From NCBI GenBank assembly GCA_039589315.1, contig JBDHHQ010000001.1, forward strand, positions 64,001 to 128,000: 64,000 nt of DNA. The letters run 5' to 3'. How positions within the stretch are numbered: position 1 is the stretch's first letter; every line of letters begins with the position of its first letter. The DNA is from Gemmatimonadota bacterium. Lineage in GTDB: Bacteria > Gemmatimonadota > Gemmatimonadetes > Longimicrobiales > Gaopeijiaceae. A program made the position numbers and the translations under genes. Under the pieces are notes generated by a model that worked only from the letters and a program-made list of their open reading frames with translations, made no database searches and was not told the DNA's origin. Positions 60,877 through 64,000 of this stretch are shown in pieces.

Positions 60877-61001
60877 GACCCTGGACGACCCGACGAGTCC
60901 AGGGGCAGGTTCCGCAGTCCCGGTGGGCGCCCGCGGCGCGTCCCGCGCTCAGGTCGATGGACCCACCCAGCGCCGGCTCCGCGCGGTAGGCCGGACGCGC
61001 C

Positions 61002-61169
61002 GTACCACCTGAAGATGTTGGAGGCGCAGTTCACGGTCTCCCGTCCCACCCTCCGAGCCGCGACGAGCTCCACGTTATCCAGCCACACGTTCGGGGACAG
61101 GCCTTCGTCACGGGCCTCGCGGCGGAGCTGGCGAAGCCGGTGCGGCCCGGTGTTGTCGGCGAACCCCAC
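61002..61169 (-). pseudogene. C-terminal remnant of an MltF-like lytic transglycosylase
   Basis: NTGPHRLRQLRREA...GLSPNVWLDNVELVAARRVGRETVN..SNIF..Y; rest of the gene absent. Confidence 0.6.
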
Positions 61170-61444
61170 GGCGGCGGCGGCGGACGGCAACGGTTGCATG
61201 ATGCCAGGTGCCGGCCGGCACAGTAGGTCGCCGCCCGAGGGACGAAAGGGAAGGGCGCCGCCGCAAGCCTCGGAGGACGGCCTTCGGTGGCCCGGTTCTT
61301 GACCCATAAGGGGTAGAACAACCGAATCCGTGCGGTGTTTGGCCGGTTTGGCGGAAGCCGCCGCGCAAGAAGGCCCAATGACTGCCGATATGGCAGAGAG
61401 CGGCCCGGATGGCCGTTCCCGAGACGAAAGGACCGAACGAGAAG

Positions 61445-64000
61445 ATGTTGAGCCACGACCGCCTGACCGTGAAGGCCGGCGAGGCGATCCAGGCCGCCCT
61501 CACGAACGCCCGCCAGCGGGGCAACCCCGAGATTGGGGGGGTCCATCTGCTGGAGGCGCTCTTGAGACAGGAGGAAGGGATCGTCACGCCGGTTCTACAG
61601 AAGCTCGGCGTGAACGTGCTGTTCATCGCCCAGCAGGTCGAAGAGGCGATCCAGAAGTACGGCAAGGTGAGCGGGGGCTCCGAGCCTCGCCTCTCCCGGG
61701 CCCTCAACAAGGCCCTGGAGGTAGCCGAGTCCGAGGCGCGGAGGCTCCAGGACGAATACGTGAGCACCGAGCACCTGCTGGTGGGGCTCACCACGGAGAA
61801 GGACGACGCGGGAGAGATCCTCCGGACCGCCGGCGCCGGGAAGGACGCTGTCCTGGAGGCCCTGGAGGCCGTGAGAGGGTCCCACCGAGTCACCGACCAG
61901 AGCCCCGAAGACAAGTACCGGGCTCTGGAGCGCTATAGCCGCGACCTCACGGATCTGGCCCGCAGGGGCAAGCTCGATCCGGTCATCGGACGTGACGAGG
62001 AGATTCGGCGGGTGATCAAGGTCCTGGCCCGCCGCACCAAGAACAACCCGGTACTCATCGGCGAGCCGGGTGTGGGCAAGACGGCCATCGTGGAGGGGTT
62101 GGCCCAGCGCATCGTGGCCGGTGACGTCCCGACCACGCTGGCCAACAAGAAGCTCGTCGCGCTGGACATCTCCGCCATGCTCGCGGGGGCCAAGTACCGG
62201 GGCGAGTTCGAGGAGCGCATGAAGGCCGTGCTGAAGGAGATCACCGAGGCCGAAGGCCGCTACGTGGTCTTCATCGACGAGCTCCATACCATCGTCGGCG
62301 CCGGTGCGGCCGAAGGCGCCGTCGATGCGGGCAACATGCTCAAGCCCCCGCTCTCGCGGGGAGAGCTACGCGTGGTGGGCGCCACGACGCTCGACGAGTA
62401 CCGAAAGCACGTGGAGAAGGACCCCGCCCTGGAGCGGCGCTTCCAGCCCATCTACGTGGCGCCGCCGTCGGTGGAGGACACGGTGGCCATCCTCCGGGGG
62501 CTCAAAGAGCGCTACGAGGTCCACCACGGCATCCGTATCACGGACGACGCCATCATCGCCGCAGCCAAGCTGAGCGATCGGTACATCGGCGGCCGCTTCC
62601 AGCCGGACAAGTCCATCGATCTGATCGACGAAGCCGGCAGCCGGCTCCGCATCGAGATCGACTCGCTGCCCCAGGAAATCGATGAAGTGGAGCGGCGAAT
62701 CACCCAGTTGGAGATCGAGAAGCAGGCCCTCTCCGGCGAGTCCGAGCGACACGCCGTGGAGCGCCGGCAGAAACTGGAGGAGGAGCTTGCCGAGCAGCGC
62801 GAGAAGAGCGGGGCCATGAAGGCACGCTGGCAGGCCGAGAAGGATGCCATCTCCCGGATCCAGGAGCTCAAGGAGAAGATCGACGGCTTGAAGGTGGAGG
62901 CGGAGCGGGCGACCCGCACCGGTGATCTGGAGCGGGCCGCGAAGATCCAATACAGCGAGGCGCCGGGGGCCGAGGCCGAGCTCGTGCAGGCCGAGGCCCG
63001 CCTGACGGAGCTGCAGGCCGGCGGCAAGTTCCTCAAGGAGGAGGTGGACGCGGACGACGTCGCCGCCGTGGTGTCGGAGTGGACGGGTATCCCCACCACC
63101 CGCCTCCTGGAGACGGAGCGACAGCGCCTGACGCAACTCGAGCGGCTCCTGGGCGAGCGCGTCATCGGCCAGGACGAGGCGGTCACGGCGGTATCGAACG
63201 CGGTCCGCCGGTCACGGGCGGGACTGCAGGACCCGAACCGGCCCATCGGCTCGTTCATCTTCCTGGGTCCGACGGGTGTGGGAAAGACGGAGACGGCTCG
63301 TGCCCTGGCCGAGTTCCTCTTCGATGACGAGCGGGCCATGGTCCGGATCGACATGTCCGAGTACATGGAGAAGCACGCCGTCGCTCGGCTCATCGGCGCA
63401 CCCCCAGGCTACGTGGGCTACGAGGAAGGGGGGCAGCTGACGGAGGCAGTGCGGCGCCGGCCCCACGCCGTCGTCCTGTTCGACGAGATCGAGAAGGCCC
63501 ATCCCGAGGTCTTCAACATCCTGCTCCAGATCCTCGACGACGGACGTCTGACGGATTCCCAGGGTCGAACCGTGGACTTCCGCAACACGGTCATCATCAT
63601 GACGTCCAACATGGGCAGTCAGCTCATCCTGGAGCAGAGCGGCACGACGCCCTGGGACGACGTGGCGGCCACGATCGAGGTGGAGCTGCGCCGGCGCTTC
63701 AAGCCCGAGTTCCTGAACCGGGTTGACGACATCATCATCTTCCGTCCGCTCAGCCAGGAAGAGCTCCGCCGCATCGTGGACCTGCAGCTTCGCCGGCTCG
63801 CGGCTCTGGCCATGGAGCTGGGCATCGTGCTCGACGTGAGCGAGGACGCCAAGGACGTGATCGCCCGGGAAGGGTACGACCCGGCGTTCGGTGCCCGGCC
63901 GCTGAAGCGGGCCATCCAGCGGCTGATCCAGGACCCGCTCGCGTTGCACCTCCTCGAGGTCGACATCCCCGAGGGAACACGCCTCCTCGTCGATGCCGAC
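61445..64000 (+). CDS. clpB: Chaperone ClpB (3'-truncated by window edge; absent from ORF track because no stop is reached)
   Basis: Translated by eye: MLSHDRLT..., [29 protein letters not shown], coiled-coil M domain, [30 protein letters not shown]. Confidence 0.97.
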   Translation, partial: MLSHDRLTVKAGEAIQAALTNARQRGNPEIGGVHLLEALLRQEEGIVTPVLQKLGVNVLFIAQQVEEAIQKYGKVSGGSEPRLSRALNKALEVAESEARRLQDEYVSTEHLLVGLTTEKDDAGEILRTAGAGKDAVLEALEAVRGSHRVTDQSPEDKYRALERYSRDLTDLARRGKLDPVIGRDEEIRRVIKVLARRTKNNPVLIGEPGVGKTAIVEGLAQRIVAGDVPTTLANKKLVALDISAMLAGAKYRGEFEERMKAVLKEITEAEGRYVVFIDELHTIVGAGAAEGAVDAGNMLKPPLSRGELRVVGATTLDEYRKHVEKDPALERRFQPIYVAPPSVEDTVAILRGLKERYEVHHGIRITDDAIIAAAKLSDRYIGGRFQPDKSIDLIDEAGSRLRIEIDSLPQEIDEVERRITQLEIEKQALSGESERHAVERRQKLEEELAEQREKSGAMKARWQAEKDAISRIQELKEKIDGLKVEAERATRTGDLERAAKIQYSEAPGAEAELVQAEARLTELQAGGKFLKEEVDADDVAAVVSEWTGIPTTRLLETERQRLTQLERLLGERVIGQDEAVTAVSNAVRRSRAGLQDPNRPIGSFIFLGPTGVGKTETARALAEFLFDDERAMVRIDMSEYMEKHAVARLIGAPPGYVGYEEGGQLTEAVRRRPHAVVLFDEIEKAHPEVFNILLQILDDGRLTDSQGRTVDFRNTVIIMTSNMGSQLILEQSGTTPWDDVAATIEVELRRRFKPEFLNRVDDIIIFRPLSQEELRRIVDLQLRRLAALAMELGIVLDVSEDAKDVIAREGYDPAFGARPLKRAIQRLIQDPLALHLLEVDIPEGTRLLVDAD

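Noticed and set aside
61299..61330. TTGACC as a -35 element for clpB
   Set aside because: No credible -10 at 16-18 nt spacing
1..64000. tRNA, rRNA, CRISPR, IS, prophage or defence genes
   Set aside because: None recognised by eye; short or divergent RNAs could be missed without covariance-model searches

Overview
High-GC bacterial chromosome segment made mostly of core housekeeping genes. Gene content and protein style suggest an FCB-group diderm, most plausibly Gemmatimonadota (inference, not a database result). Order: rpsB(partial)-tsf-pyrH-frr-uppS-cdsA-dxr-rseP; a convergent operon (receiver protein, mannose-1-P guanylyltransferase, GlmU-like protein, MBL hydrolase); lipoprotein-serS-histidine kinase-pcrA-gatCAB; a minus-strand DUF948/YtxH-like/Zn-phospholipase C trio; murA (Asp-type) and a phasin-like gene; rimP-nusA-L7Ae-infB-DUF503-rbfA-truB-ribF-rpsO-pnp-M16 peptidase-ald-dut; mreBCD-mrdA-rodA-accD-folC-hisS-two unknowns-proS-lysA-guaA; then a more accessory envelope region (Rid protein, two beta-barrel proteins, a CX4CH cytochrome-like lipoprotein, a His/Cys-rich lipoprotein, OPT transporter, GlsB-type protein, M48 protease, an MltF-like remnant) and clpB(partial). 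I saw no rRNA, tRNA, CRISPR array, transposase, integrase or phage gene. The best candidate for an undescribed system is the three-gene envelope operon at 53879-56251 with a perfect 16-bp palindrome upstream. Several structured or repeated non-coding leaders (rimP, pnp, mreB, murA) also merit checking. All protein calls come from motif recognition by eye.
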